64,000 nt of DNA from Antedon mediterranea (GCF_964355755.1 NC_092672.1:37578437-37642436); one strand, 5' to 3'; counted from the first letter of the stretch, positions 1 through 14,475 are shown. Numbers and translations: made by a program. Notes: generated by a model from the sequence alone, not told the origin.

Positions 1-93
1 CCATGCCCATGCCCATGCCGATGCCTATGCCCATGCCCATGCCTATGCCTATGCCTATGCCTATGCCTATACCTATGCCTATGCCTATGCCTA
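1..93. repeat. Hexanucleotide tandem repeat (CCCATG/CCTATG)n
   Basis: About 15 imperfect 6-bp units read directly; they explain the spurious poly-MP ORF. Confidence 0.9.
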
Positions 94-1800
94 CACAAAT
101 CAAATCAAAATTAGTTAAATACGAGATATTTAAAAATATTTATCACTTCCAAATATCAAATGGACCCCTTTGGAAAACAAATCAATTAAATTTACTAAAT
201 AACATTAGTTTTCATTTATTCGTTAACATTATGTGTTGATAGGTCCTATTTTTTATGTATATTGATATAGTCAAATCAAATCAAATCAACATGATAATTG
301 CCTTACTATGAATATTTCTGAACCTGGTATTCATAAATCAGAATGCTACACTCTAACAATTCCCTGTTGAATACAAATCAATTTTGAAAATAACATCGTA
401 ATTAATTATCTGCAAAGATATTGTTAAATCCCAATGGGAGGCAATTTCACAACTTGTTTTAATTAACAACTTTCACAGTAGTAGACAGTAGCAATGCCGC
501 TGGGTCGATTCTCTCCTGTCGATAAATGTTGTCTTGTTGAGTGATCGCGTTCGCGTTCGTTACGCCACGAATTCATTATTTTGAGAGAAGTGCACCATTT
601 TACGTAAAGTAATTCACTTCTTAAACTGTGTTGTAATAAGATTAATAATCAGTATTGATTGTACTTGATACAACAATGGATTTATTAAGTTAACGGCTCT
701 CAGTAGAAATAGTAACTATTTAAAAGCGTTAGATCTTAAAATATTCATCTTTGTTGGAATGTCATGTCATCTTCTTTGCACTCGACAAGATACTTTGATC
801 AAATAACTTGAATGGCAACAAAAAATCATTTATTGTCCTTATGGATCATGACGTGATTGGATTGTGAAAGATATTTGTTTTCAAAGGCACAGTAAATGGT
901 TATCCTATAGTTCTAGAATGAAAAGGTTTCTAATTTCTCTTGTTTTATATAAGAAAATGTATCTTTTTGTCTATCGATTGAGCGATTGTGCCTGTCATGA
1001 ATTTTCCGCAAGGACCAAATAAATCCGTATCGTCCTAGTTTAAATGGGCCTTAATCGAAACGATCCCTCTTTTTCAATAATATAATTTGTCAATAATATT
1101 AAATGTCAATTATAAACCTCAAAACTGTGTCGATAAAATTCATATTTAGTAAGGACTACTTACGTGTTTGTGTCGAACAGAGGTATTATACACGTAAACT
1201 CAATTTGAACGGAAGTCGGAAATATCTCCCGAAAAAATTGTCAATGCTACAAATCAATAACGCATCGTGTAAACAGACACGAAGCAGAGTAACTTCTATT
1301 CACACTATCGATACTACACTGTATTTTTAACGGCATATTTCTATGCACTTTTGTTTGTACACGCTAATCAAACACACAACACGTCTCTCGTGTAAACACA
1401 AAGGTATTTGCTCGTTCGATTGAAATTTGTCATTAACCACAGATTCGATTCAATTGTTCGGTGTTGTTTGATCCAATTATTTTTTTATTTAAAAACAAGC
1501 TTGGGTTTTAAACCAAATACTCTGTATTTATCCAATTGACTGTAATCTGTTAACTATATAGATTTGTCAAGTGGCTTAATACTACTGGAGTGGCTTCTGT
1601 TATTGTTATGACAATTCAATTCAAAATCTCCTGATAAATAAAATGTCTGTTTGCAACATGCTCTTCGTAGCGTTCCATACCACTTTTATATCCGCATTTG
1701 GATAATCAGTTATGCTTATTCTATATTTAACTGATTTAAAACAGGATTTCGATATTAAATCTCATTTTATGTTTCCTTTTTTTGTCGTTGAGCGGAATAA

Positions 1801-2092
1801 ACGCCAATTTGCACAGACGATCAGTAACGGTAATAAAAATACTATGGTATTCCTTATGCCCATACACACAACGCGGAGCGGACGGGCGGTTCCGCTCACG
1901 ATACGGATTCTACGTGGGACAAGCTACGCGGTTCCGCTCACGATACAGATTCTACGTGGGACAAGCTACGCGGTTCCGCTCACGATACGGATTCTACGTG
2001 GGACAAGCTACGCGGTTCCGCTCACGATACAGATTCTACGTGGGATAAGCTACGCGGTTTTTCGCTTACCAATCGTCTGTGTAAATTGGCCT
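1801..2092 (+). mobile_element. Harbinger/Tourist-like MITE (family C) with internal 42-bp tandem amplification
   Basis: Termini (a)cgccaatttgcacagacga ... tcgtctgtgtaaattggcct form an imperfect TIR followed by TAA. About four copies of gttccgctcacgatacRgattctacgtgggacaagctacgcg lie inside. A reverse-oriented copy without the amplification is at ~14292-14475. Confidence 0.75.
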
Positions 2093-5000
2093 TAACTTGC
2101 CCTACCTGCAACGAGTTCAGTTTCAAATATTATATAATATCATTTCTCGAGTGAATTGTCATATGTTTTTTTTACCGCTGAGAGTTAATCTTGCAGGCAG
2201 ACTCCTAATACGAAATTGAATAGGTAAATACAAACGTAGTTAGAATAGCATCAAGTGTACTTTAACATAATGAGACTCCCTTAAGTACCGACTACAATTT
2301 CCGACGAATAATTGACTTGGTAAACGAAGGTCTACTTTGCGTAGGACCGATGTCGCGGCGAAAAAGACTTGTAATTTCTAAAGTAAAATCATATATTTTC
2401 GTCAAAAAATTGAAAGCAGCTCAATGAACTAGTGATAACGCTCATGGCGTTGGACGGTTTCATTGCAGCTCACACAATACGAGCAGCACACGAGTTTCCG
2501 CGGTGCAATTTGTGAGGACATTCGCGCGTCTTTTCAAGACAAACAACGCAAATACGTCAGTAGGATTACACATCCTGATCATCCTGATTTAGGATGCCAA
2601 TTATACATGGCTTTTGAAACGAGTGTTACAATCAACCACGTAAACGGAACGTCATTACAAACTGAAATCAAGCAAAGTAAAAAAAATACAGTTTTCATCC
2701 AAAAGGTCATTTGAAATAAGCAATTATTTAACCTTTATCGATCAGTCAATTACATTTCTCCTCGTTAGTAAACATTTGCCCGGCGGCCGTGCATCTAGGA
2801 TCGAATTAGCAAGATGCAATCGGAGATAGCTCTCCTAACGAAGATGTAAATAACGAACGGCTATTGAAGTGTTGCCATTGTGTGGTCATTTTGTGAAAAA
2901 CCAAGAAATATGATAAAGTGTTTCCACTCAAATTACATTCATCAACGACGAGTTATACTGTTATATTAGGTCAATGTCAAAGAACTTTCTCTCGTTTTGC
3001 TGTACAAGTACTGAATAGCCGTTTGTAGGCCTACCTGCAATCACGTTAACTGGGTCGGGTGGACAACGTATTCATTTATAAACAAATATTGATAATTAAT
3101 CCTAAGTAATCCTATTATAACGAATTGTGCATTTGATCGTCGGCATTCGGCAAACCTCTGCGTGATCACATTTTAGATTTGGTTTCTTCCATTTTATTGG
3201 GTTGATGACGCGTCATATATTGGGCTGGTTCACGGTAAACGCGTCGGTATTTCCAAGCGTACCACGTGCAATAAATTATAGTGTTACGCTATGACACGTT
3301 GAAGGACAAAATACGTGTTTTTAAAGGGCGTAGTGTTTTACAAAACAACGCGTAACATATTCAATAAAGCTCTCTCCACTATCAAACGTTATGTGAAAAA
3401 AAAATAGTTCATATATGACATGACATGATGATGTCATATTACTACCATATATGGGCACCTCACACTTTTTTTTGTCAAACTAGTTTGATAGTCATCATTC
3501 GCGGTACTATACACGTACCATTTATTTGTATCAACAACAACAAAATATATTTATACAGTATTTCTTTCACAAGGATATTTCTATAAACTTATTTGATACA
3601 AAACGGGTATGCAACGAGCCGAAGCTCTTAAACGCATTACCATATAATACAGATATCTAATTAGCAAATAAAACAATAAAAGTACAAATAGAAATAAAAA
3701 GTAAAAGTAACAAAAGTGAACTCTACATGAGTGAGTATTTATTTATTAATAGTTGTTTTATTTCCTTTTTAAATTTTCCGATTTTAGTTTCACACTTTAT
3801 GTTTTCAGGTAAACGGTTCCAAATATTTGCCCCTCTATAGCCAATACTTCTTTGTGCTATTATTTGTTCTTTTTAGAGGAATACGGAAATCACTCTTCTT
3901 CCGCGTACCATACTCATGTACAGATTCCATTTTTGTAAAAAAAGAGTTAAATGAAACAGTAGTGTACACAGAGCTTAAAGATAAACTATGTATACTGTGT
4001 AGCCTAAATTGTCACCAATCGAATAAACTTTACACTGATTGGCCTACATCGTACATCGTCCAATAAACGCGCAATGTTACGCCTTGTCAAATATACAAAA
4101 TACGAGCTTCGTTTTAATAGTGACATTTGAAAATGTTGATTAAAATCGACATTCACTATAGTCAATCATACTCACTGACAACCTAAAGATTTTTCTTCTT
4201 TTTTTTGCAATTTGAAACGCAGTACTTCACGAATAGCTTTTAGCACAGTATGTGGATAACACATTAAAACACCATTTTACCGTTCAGTTGTCTCATTAGC
4301 AGCATAAACATTGTAAAAAGGATCAAAATATACTTTGTGTTAGCTACAAAGTATTATTTCTATTCAGCATGATGAGTAGAGTCATAAAACTGAACAATGT
4401 AGGCATAGGGTTCGAAATATCTACTGGCCTATATTCTTGTTCGTCTGATTGTCTTTTTGATGTACGTACGCGCGATAACCGTCAATGTTTGTACGCGCGC
4501 TTTACATTTTCAGTCTCATTTCTTTTTTATATTGCCAAGTCAATGCAAAAATAAGATTACAGAACAAAAAGCAAGTCTAATTCAATTTAAAAACCACATT
4601 GGTCGATCTTTAGAGGCTTATTAGAAATTATGAATACGTTTCTAGTGTTTGTATCACTTGCAGAACAAAACAAATTTCTTCATTCCGATTCAGATGGGCT
4701 TAACTTATGTTTTGCATATAATTTTAAATCACGTTATGGCGAATGTTTTTATGTCCAACGTCTGATAAGACTATACTAATGTATTTGCTTTTAGACGTAC
4801 GTGGAACTTGTTGGCTTTAACGTACTTTTACCGATATTCTTAATGCATTTTTGGAAATATTGAAATATTAGCTTAATCCTTTAGATATTGTGCTACTCTC
4901 GTCAATGGCATCATAGCATGTATGCATCTGTTTTTCTGCTATCCAGCCAAGTGGATCAAATAGTACATGCATGCGACGAGACGTATGCCTACTGACTAAA

Positions 5001-5883
5001 ACGTGTTTTTATTTAATTCAATTTTATGATTCCGTCGATTTATTAGGAAAAACAAAAATATAGAAAATCCGATTCCTGTGTGCTGTCATTTTATTTTACC
5101 GGTTTGTTTATCGCCGCCAAGGAGATATATGTAATCGTTTTAAATATTTATTGTATATTGATAAATAATTCTTTGCAGTTAAATTCTTAACATTATAATG
5201 TTAAGGTGACCCAGGACATTTTTTATGTTGAATAAATAAATAAAATGAATTGAAAACAATAGCATTAATGACATGAGTAAATAACCGTATTGCTCTTTGG
5301 TTGTAATGTTGTAATGTTATATTTGGATTTTTGCTTAAAATTGTCATTGATATCACTGTTACTACTCTGTACAATCAAAATTCCATGCAATTATCCCAAT
5401 CCTCTCTCACAGCACTACTAATATTTGCGTGTTTCGACTGTTAACGCTTCGTTGAAAGTAACACGAGTTATTTTCATAGTAATTTAGCCACGTTTTAGTT
5501 GGATACAACAAAACACAAACACGAGTGTTTACACAGGCAATCTGTGTTGTGTATTTAACAACGTGTTGGTTCGATATTTTGAAATGTGCTTTCTGTTCAA
5601 GTGTGATAACTTAATTTAATATAATTATAATCAAATTTATTTTATTAGCTATAATATTCGACACTCAATTTCATTATGATAGCAACCTTAGCAAAGTGAC
5701 CTTATCAACTATCCTTAGAAACTAGAGACAATAATAATTAGGTATTTTGATATGTAGACAAATTAGTATATTTTACGACGTCGAGGTTTATAGAGGCGTT
5801 GGTTGTTAAGTAATAGAACATGAAATTAAATAGGATAGCAATGATAATGACAATGGTGAATATGACGGCATCACGGGGCGTTA

Positions 5884-6092
5884 ATGATGACGACCTTAGA
5901 AACGACGACGATGATGATGACGACGACGATGATGACGACAATAACGATGATGACGAAGACGATGATGACGACGACAACGATGATGATGACGAAGACGACG
6001 ACAATGATGATGACGAAGACGACGATGATGACGACAGCGATGATGACGACGACAACTATGATGATGATGACGACGATGATGATGACGACGAC
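5884..6092. repeat. (GAT/GAC)n trinucleotide microsatellite
   Basis: Mixed GAT/GAC/AAC triplets; they account for the poly-D, poly-S and poly-M/T ORFs. Confidence 0.9.
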
Positions 6093-6440
6093 GGGATCAG
6101 TACTGTTAACGTAGCTTTAATAAGTAGGCCTATTGATTCATCAATAGTTTAATTGCCAGCTAAATTGTTTTATTTTAAATTAATGTTAATTGAGTACAGT
6201 AATAGGGAGTACTGTATGCTATGCGTTACAGGATGGAGGAAAAAGCAAATGTAACACGCATTGTTTCATGTTATGATGTCCTCCAATGTATCCATATAGA
6301 TTCAAACCACTTATAGTTACATATTATTAATACTCATAGACTATAACACTATATTTGAAATGCATAACATATTCAACAGTTCCCATCACATTATTTTCAC
6401 TAATATAAGAAACAGTAATTAATTGTATACGGTACTAAAT

Positions 6441-6776
6441 TAAGCTACTGTTCTACCCTAATCGATCCACCCGTACACCCCTAATTGAGGTGACGATGTC
6501 CTCTGCATCGAGCATTAAGCTACTGTTCTACCCTAATCGATCCACCCGTACACCCCTAATTGTGGTGACGATGTCCTCTGCATCGAGCATTAAGCTACTG
6601 TTCTACCCTAATCGATCCACCCGTACACCCCTAATTGTGGTGACGATGTCCTCTGCATCGAGCATTAAGCTACTGTTCTACCCTAATCGATCCACCCGTA
6701 CACCCCTAATTGTGGTGACGATGTCCTCTGCATCGAGCATTAAGCTACTGTTCTACCCTAATCGATCCACCCGTAC
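6441..6776. repeat. 75-bp tandem repeat (about 4.5 units; last unit resumes at 8849-8896)
   Basis: Units start at 6441, 6516, 6591, 6666 and 6741. The fifth is interrupted by an insertion and continues cacccgtacacccctaattgtgg... at 8849. Confidence 0.92.
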
Positions 6777-8848
6777 GGGTAGTAACAAAGTGCGAGGCAG
6801 CGAGGCACGCGAGGCAGGGAAGGCATGCGAGGCAAGTCAGAAATTTATGCGAGGCATCGTTTTACCATCATCAAAAAATGCGAGGCATCATTTTATCATT
6901 TCTCAAAATTGCAAGGCAGGAAATCACCGAAATTGAAGTAGCCTAGGCCTAGGCCCGCTAGGCTAGTTTCCTTTTGCACCTGCCTTGTATTTTAACCAAC
7001 TTTATCCTGAATACCACAGCTTAGAATTAGTAGGCCTACTTTAATGAAGAAAAATCACATAAAAGTAACAATAAATCCATTAAATTGGTGATTTTACAGA
7101 CGTTGTTTTTCTCGCATTTCGCACACTCAATGTTCAATATTTTGGTTTCTATGGAACGCCAAAAGAGCAAAATTAATTAGAGGGCTAAAAACTCTGTGGA
7201 ATCCATTTATATTTAACGCATTATTTGGTGAAAATCAAGTACAATTTCAATAGATTTTGTCACTGTCAGTAAGGAAAAATGTTACTGTTCACCGGTGTAC
7301 TGTTGATAATGTACACGGTTTCGGTAACCTTTTAAAGAATAAAATAGAAAAATTCATCATAATATCCTTAGTAGGATGTCCTAGGTCTAGACTAGGTACT
7401 GATGTTGATTTAGGATCGATTATTATTCTTTGAAAACAGAACAGTATGAGCAGTAACATATTACAGCATTTTTATTGACAAATTAACAAATATATTGAAA
7501 TAAAACGTGTTTTTCACCAATAAATGCATGAGAAATTGACGCATTCCACTGAGTTTTAGTCCTCTATTATCGTTGCTCTTTTGGCGCTCCATAGAAACAA
7601 AAATATTGAACATTGAATAAGTGAAATTCGCGAACAGTGTGCGAGAAACACGCCTGTAAAATCATTAATTTAAGGATTTATTTGTTACTTTTTATGTGAT
7701 TCTGTCATTAAAGTACTCATGAGGTATACTTCTAAGGTGTGGTATTCACACGATAAAGTTAGTTATCAAATTTGGAGTAAAAATACAAGCGAAGGAAACT
7801 AGCGCCAGGTTTATTAGTACGTACATGGACAACAATAAATAAAAATCGTTCGTAATATACCTAGCTTACTAAAACAGGAATAGTGTATCATTATTAAATA
7901 TTACACCAATTATTATTATATCAAAATTGATTAAATTATTTTCTACAAAGGCCACTTATCTAGGTTAGGGCTAAGCATATTAGCTAAAGTTTAATAGGCC
8001 TAGTATTACAATTTTCGGACGTAAGTCTTTTTTCACACGCGCTCCAGAATTCTGTCGCAATTTTTTTCTTTGCGGCATGTTATTGGATCGGCATATCAGT
8101 TACCTTTTATTCACCGCCAGTTATTGAACTTGTCCTGGCAATCGCTGTTCACCTTATTTGCGAGAGAGGTACACGTGTTGTTCCTAGAGAATGGAATGTC
8201 AAAAATGTCTTTGGCACGCCGCTCAGAGAGAAGTCTGTGCGTTGCTGCTGCTGAAACCACGTGCTATAGGAGGGGAATGCACCACAATCCTCTGAGCTGA
8301 GGGCTGAATCATTCCGCTACCTGCTAAATAGTAAAGAGGGATTTTCCATCTCTCGGGTCTACTGGATCTAGGCGCAGGGGTGTGACAAAATATTATTTTC
8401 ACTCTGCTATGTTCAAGAGACATGTGAGTGAACACGCTCGAAATGCCAACAAACATTGCAGTCATTTGATGAGTGTGTCGCTATAACAATTATTGTTTAT
8501 CGAAAGTTGAAGACTGTCGTTCAGATTTTTGAACCGTAGTTTGGGCACTTTTGTAAAAGTAAAATTTGACACGATATGACTTGAATGAAAAAACAATCGT
8601 TACATAAAAATAAACAACATGATGAGTGTATACACGAATCTATTTAGATACGCTTGTATCGATTGATTATTAGGCCTATAATATAGCATAATAGCACGTT
8701 AAGATATGCCTCGCACCTTTTTGAAATTGTAAACTATATGCCTCGCATGCCTCGCACTTTTGGAAATGATAAAATGATGCCTCGCACAAATATTTGACAT
8801 GCCTCGCATGCCTCGCGTGCCTCGCTGCCTCGCACTTTGTCAACACTC
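6777..8848. mobile_element. Non-autonomous Mutator-like (MULE) DNA transposon
   Basis: 9-bp TSD cacccgtac (6768-6776 and 8849-8857), confirmed by uninterrupted satellite units. The imperfect TIRs are ~140 bp, start with G (gggtagtaacaaagtgcgaggc / gcctcgcactttgtcaacactc) and are built from GCGAGGCA motifs. No transposase ORF. Confidence 0.85.
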
Positions 8849-11145
8849 CACCCGTACACCCCTAATTGTGGTGACGATGTCCTCTCCATCGAGCATGTTC
8901 AATGACAATTTGATTTTATACTACTCGTCTTGTACGAAACAGAATTATATAACACAGCCTTAATGGCCTCCTTTCCTCGATATAAATGGGATATTTTCCT
9001 AATCTAGGCTGGTTGGATTTATAAATCAGTTATTTTCGTTGACTATTTAGGTTAATGCATGAGAAAAACACGTATGTATGTCTTAATGGTATTACTTTCA
9101 AATAAAAGGTCTGGCTAATATCTTGTATTCTACCAAAATGTCGCTATAAATATTATAATTTGTATATCGATTTTAGTCGTTTGTTGTTTTTTACTGAACG
9201 GGCCTTTAGGCATGGGCGTCACCGTGCGCGCAGGGCTAAATTATTTGACTTATCTCGTTGTTTATTCTCATGGAGGTCTACACAGTGTTTATCTTGTTGC
9301 GCGTAGTCAAATTTAGTGCGTATGCGTTTACGATTCGTTCAGATTAGAATGATGTGACGCGTTTTGCGTCCGAAACACAAAAAACGGCCTTGTCGATAAA
9401 AAGACGTTTTCTTTGATTATACAACGTAAATGGGTTATAGCAGACATACTGAGGTGTCATCTTCTCTTAATGTGAGTCTTTATTAACTGTTGAAATTGCT
9501 CCTTTTGCATGCATGATTAATCTTTATTACGTCATTTCACGCAACATCTGGTACGCACGTACGCGTCAACTCGAATATAGTACGCTTTATATAGTCTCAA
9601 ATTTAGTGTTGTAACAAACTACATTACTTTGGAGTAAATAATGTCATTTTACTAGTTTTTTTTTTAAACAACTCACTTAAGAAGACAATTAGACTGATCA
9701 GCAAGGGTAATCGTTCATAATCGCCATAATGAGGTGTATTTGCAATTTTTGATCATTTCTAAATGCAGAAGATAATAAAACTCTTTATTTAAAACCGAGA
9801 CTGACGTCACGTTTATTAATCAAACCCGACAAAATGGTGTCTGAACTATTTTAACGACATATGGTTGTGGTGAATTGTGAAAGAAGAAGAAAACTTCTAT
9901 CATGCTAAATGGATGGATGGAACATTAGCAATGTTATTACTTGTTTTTCTACGTAGATGTAACGATCACACATTAACGTAATGGATAGCACTAATGTGTT
10001 ATTTGTTATCATAAACGATATCAACTACTGCACCTTATAATTGATACACTGCTATTATATATTGATAATGTGTTATTATTAGCATCATTAACTTATAAGT
10101 CGTATGAAACATATGAATGAAAATGACTGCAAAAACAACAATTTACCGTCGGATATCAATTGAGAGTAAATGATACATTAGCAAAACCATGATTATTTTG
10201 AGGGAGGGGATGAGGAGAACAACCTTTTCTCCGTTAGAAGAGCTAAATAACGTATATTCAAATATCAATACATTAATAATGTTTAAAAAGCCGTGTCAAG
10301 TAAGGTAACTTTGTACTCTTGGTATTATGTTCATCATTAATCAAGGGTCATATATTTTATCAAAGACTCTCTGAAGAAATTTAAACTAAAATGTGTTTTT
10401 ATTTGTTCTATAACTTCATTTTGATTATTCAGTTGACCAAACGTAATAGAATTTATCTAAATTGCTTCCTTAATTTCCTTGGTCCTCACTAGGGAAAAAC
10501 GCGAGGGCGTTTATACGCGCGCAAGCGCGTGCATATACGCAAGCGCGTGCATATACGCAAGCCTGTGCATATACGCAAGCTCTAGTGAGTTGACAAATCA
10601 CAAGCTACTATACCGTTCGTCGTCCTGATTGGTCAAATTACTTGCTCTTACGTACGCATTGCGTCTTAAGCTTGGTTTCCACTAGCGACGCAACGCAAAG
10701 ACGTAAGGCAATAAGTGATTTGACTAATCACAAGCGATGGATTATTCGAACCTTGTCATTGGTCAACTCGCGTGTAAGTCCTTGCATTGCGTCTCTTTAA
10801 GTTAATTCACATAGCTGCACGAATTCGGGAACCAAAAATGTATACATTTTTTGGCATAAAATTTGCTCACATCAACATCAATCGAAAGTATTTTAAAGTT
10901 AAATCATGTTATTGTACTCTATTCAATAATAAGTGTTTGGTAATATATTTCACATTATCTTGTTATAGGCCTAATCAATATATCAAGTGTTTAGTATATT
11001 GTGTTCATTAGCCACGTGGTCATGTCATATTTGATAGATTGTAATTTCATTTGATAAGCCATGGGGTCCGTCATACTTTCCTCCTTAGGCTACAGGTGTA
11101 CGCCAAGGACAATGAACCAGAGGATTCTGGACAACAACCCCGGCG

Positions 11146-14100
11146 CAGGGGTGGCGCCAGGATCTTCCCGACGCGGGGGCTACATTCCCCGACGAGGGGG
11201 CTATGCGAGCGAAGCGAGCATCACTAGGCTGGGGGCCAGGGGGGCCGCCAAGGGCCCCCGGTGGGGGTCCAGGGGGCGAATCCCCCGGAAGCAACGCGTT
11301 CTAGCGTCATTTGAGGTCATTTTAATCAGATTTAGGGTAGCCATTTTTTCCATTTTTTATAATGCATAAATAAAATACTGCGTGCAAAAAAACGATGCGC
11401 GATGACTGTTTCAATCCATATTTTTCAATTTAAAAAATAAAAGTTCAAAGAAAATTTAGAAAAATAGAGTTGGAGGTCCCGGAAATTGGACTTATTATAC
11501 TTCAAAACATGAAATAAAATATATAAGTCCCTATCAAGGTTGTGACTGAGCTAAGAAATGTTTGAAAAATAGAGATGTTAGGTCCCGGAAAATGCACTTC
11601 CTGTACTTCGAAATATGACCAGCTTTATTGTTGGGGCTGAGCTAAGAAACTGTTTAAAACTAGAGCTGCAGGTCTTCAAAAAATTGCATTTGATACTTCG
11701 GAAACATCAGGCATAGAGGCTTAAAAAACGCAAGCGTAGACCTTTTTCAGTCGGGGAAATAAGTTTATTCCTCCCAAGTGTATGCGTGCGTACCATCTGG
11801 ACTTCCGAGTGGTGAGAGAAATTCATGACATACAGGACATTGAAAATGTAATAACTTAGCTATAATAAGATGTTGGCTAAGCGAAAATGGCATGTTTTTT
11901 TGTTTAGTAATTTATTTTAGGTGCCCCACGGTACAGAATGTTACTTGTAAATTAAAAAAATTGGTGAACATACGAACAATTAACATAATTCGTTTTTGCT
12001 GTAGTGTAGCGTACGTCGACGCAGTACACGACGTAACCGTCAGTAAACTTCGCCTGGAAAATAACTACAGTACACATTTTGGTCCCTGGATGGAACATGA
12101 TATCACGCGTCTCGACCCAACGTTGAACGATTCGTACAAAGGGATACCGCCAGACGAGAGCGAACCTAGCTATTGTTTAGTAGTAAGTTAAGGCTGGTTT
12201 CCTGTCGACGTAAGAACATTACTTTTGTTGCGACTACGTCGATTTGTCGTAAGAAATGCGGATTTTACAGGAAACCGATTACGATCGAAAATTTACAAAA
12301 TCGACGCAACGTAAGAAAAATGGTAACGACAAACGATTTTACAGGAAACCGATGACCTAACAATTGTTGCGTTACGACGTTTTCTTCCGATTTTACAGGA
12401 AACCGGGATTTTTGATCTTACGCTTGAATGAACGCCCTTGCGTCACGTTTCTTACGTCTCTTACGAAAGTTGACTTGAAGTCAACTTTCGCAAGAGACGT
12501 AAGCGCAATCGTAACAAGCAACCAATGAGCGACAAGAGTTATGACGTAATGTGTATGTCCTTATAGTGAAATAAAGCCGGACAATAACATTTGTATGTAT
12601 TTACTACTATAATTTTAGCCCACTTTACGATGTTGTACATACTTTACAAATGCACAGTAGTTTCAATATAGGCCTAATAATGTTCTAATCAGGGAGTTTA
12701 CAACTCATATCAAAATATAATACTCTTATTTATGGACGTGCAATAAACAATCAGCATCGGTAGAAACGTCACGAAAATGAACATTTGCAACAAGATAAGA
12801 TATAGAAAGCCCCTTTGTAAGCAATATAATATTATTATGTAACTTTTAAAAAAAAATTGTTTGCTTGATTTTGTATAATTTATATTGTTTTGTTAAATTT
12901 ATTCTTATTATAGGCCTGTAAATAATGGATATCTTACTGCGGTAGTACTATCTCATGCTCGATTAGAGTATGCCTGGGCCCATAGGCCAAGGCCTAGCCT
13001 AGGGCCTAGGTAGGTCTAATAATAATAGGAATCCCGAAATGATTTGCTTTTTTTTAATTTTGAAAACTATTTAAGGCTAGGCCTAAAGGGCCAGGATAAT
13101 TCATTCATATTTTGATTCATACAATAATACATAGGCCTACTAGCCTAGGCTCCTTATAGGCTAGTTTGATTAGATTTTGGTCAAATCAATTCCTATTAGT
13201 ACAGTATTAATTAAGTATTATTACTAATACTAGGGCCTAGCCTATCTACTAAAAATAATATGTTGGTGTGCTGCACTGACACTGATGCTGAGTTGCACTG
13301 ACACTGATGCTGAGTAGCTACAGGTACAATAACATCATTCAACATTTCGCGCGAAAAATGATAAAACCCGCTCTAAAAAGAAACACCAATCAGAGATGTT
13401 GTTTCAAATACGTCATAAATCTGACCGACGTAAGAAAAAAATTTCAACTTTCGTAACAGCACTAAAATCGACGTAAGCATACGACGTGTGTTTCACAGCT
13501 AAAATTTCAACTTTCGGGAGCAGCATAACTACAGATGTTTTTCTGCGGCCCGACACGATCTTGACTAACGTCAACGACGTCAATTTTTTCTCAACTTTCG
13601 TAAGAGACGTAAGAAACGTATGAAACGCAAGAATCGTTGCAAAATTCGACTTCTTACGTCGACAGGAAACCAGCCTTTAGATCACTGGCAATAATGAGTG
13701 CTTATAAAGTGCATAATATCACTCTGACGTACTCTCTCACGGTCAATGAAACGTCGCGGTTTTCTAGGCGCTGAAGCTAGCTACGAAGTGAACGCGAACG
13801 CTTTTTACTGTATATTATATTCCCCGACAAAAAGTACCCGTGTTTCCTTCGGTAACCGTCGGTAAACTTCGCCTGGAAAATAACTACATTACACATTTTG
13901 GTCCCTGGATGGAACTTGATATCACGCGTCTCGACCCAACGTTGAACGATTCGTACAAAGGGATACCGCCAGACAACTGCGTACCTAGCTAATGTTTAGT
14001 AGTAAGTTAGATCGCTGGCAATAAATGAATGCATAAAATTGCATAATAGCCCTCTGACGTACTCTCACGGTCAATGGAACGTCGTGGTTTTCTAGGCGCT

Positions 14101-14244
14101 GAAGCTATATGAAGTGAACGCGAACGTTTTTTACTGTATATTATATTCCCCGACAAAAAGTACCCGTGTTCCCCGACGGGGGGGGCTAGGCTCCCCGACG
14201 AGGGGGCTAGATCCCCCGTAGCCCCCCCGCTGGCGCCACCACTG
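11146..14244. mobile_element. Non-autonomous DNA transposon with CAG termini (hAT-like), containing an internal duplication and a nested Harbinger
   Basis: TIR caggggtggcgccag ... ctggcgccaccactg with subterminal ccccgacgagggggcta repeats at both ends. Flanking direct repeat cccggcg is an imperfect TSD. Superfamily assignment is inference. Confidence 0.65.
12191..13676. mobile_element. Non-autonomous PIF/Harbinger DNA transposon
   Basis: Perfect 26-bp TIR aggctggtttcctgtcgacgtaagaa / ttcttacgtcgacaggaaaccagcct and TTA TSD. The empty site agtaagttagatc is visible in the duplicate unit at ~14001-14013. Confidence 0.9.
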
Positions 14245-14291
14245 CTCCCGGCGGTGGAGAGGGAGGAGCTCCCTGCTGCTGACCATGATTA

Positions 14292-14475
14292 AGGTTAATG
14301 TACACAGACGAGCGGTAACGGTAAGCGGAAAACCGCGTAGCTTGTCCCACGTAGAATATGTAACTATCCTGAGCGGAAACCGCCCGTTAGCTCCTCGTTG
14401 TGTGTAAATGGTAATAAGGAATAACATAGGTTTTATATTTTATTACCGTTACCGCTCGTCTGTGTAAATTGGCCT
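14292..14475 (-). mobile_element. MITE family C copy
   Basis: Reverse complement of the 1801-2092 element, with TIR tacacagacgagcggtaacggtaa / ttaccgttaccgctcgtctgtgta. Confidence 0.75.

Noticed and set aside
1712-2095. Repetitive ORFs (VPLTIRILRGTSYA)n
   Set aside because: Translation of the 42-bp repeat inside a MITE.
5738-6152. Poly-Asp / poly-Ser ORFs as an acidic biomineralisation protein
   Set aside because: Fully explained by a GAY microsatellite open in several frames; no convincing splice context.
6490-6936. 148-aa repetitive ORF
   Set aside because: Translation of the 75-bp tandem repeat running into the MULE TIR.
9913-9958. Possible nAChR signal-peptide exon (MDGTLAMLLLVFLRR)
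   Set aside because: A phase-1 join is possible, but the donors (gtagat, gtaacg) are weak and the hydrophobic core is short; it cannot be supported without transcripts.
11061-11369. GC-rich ORFs on both strands
   Set aside because: They span the terminus of a DNA transposon; GC-rich subterminal repeats suppress stop codons.
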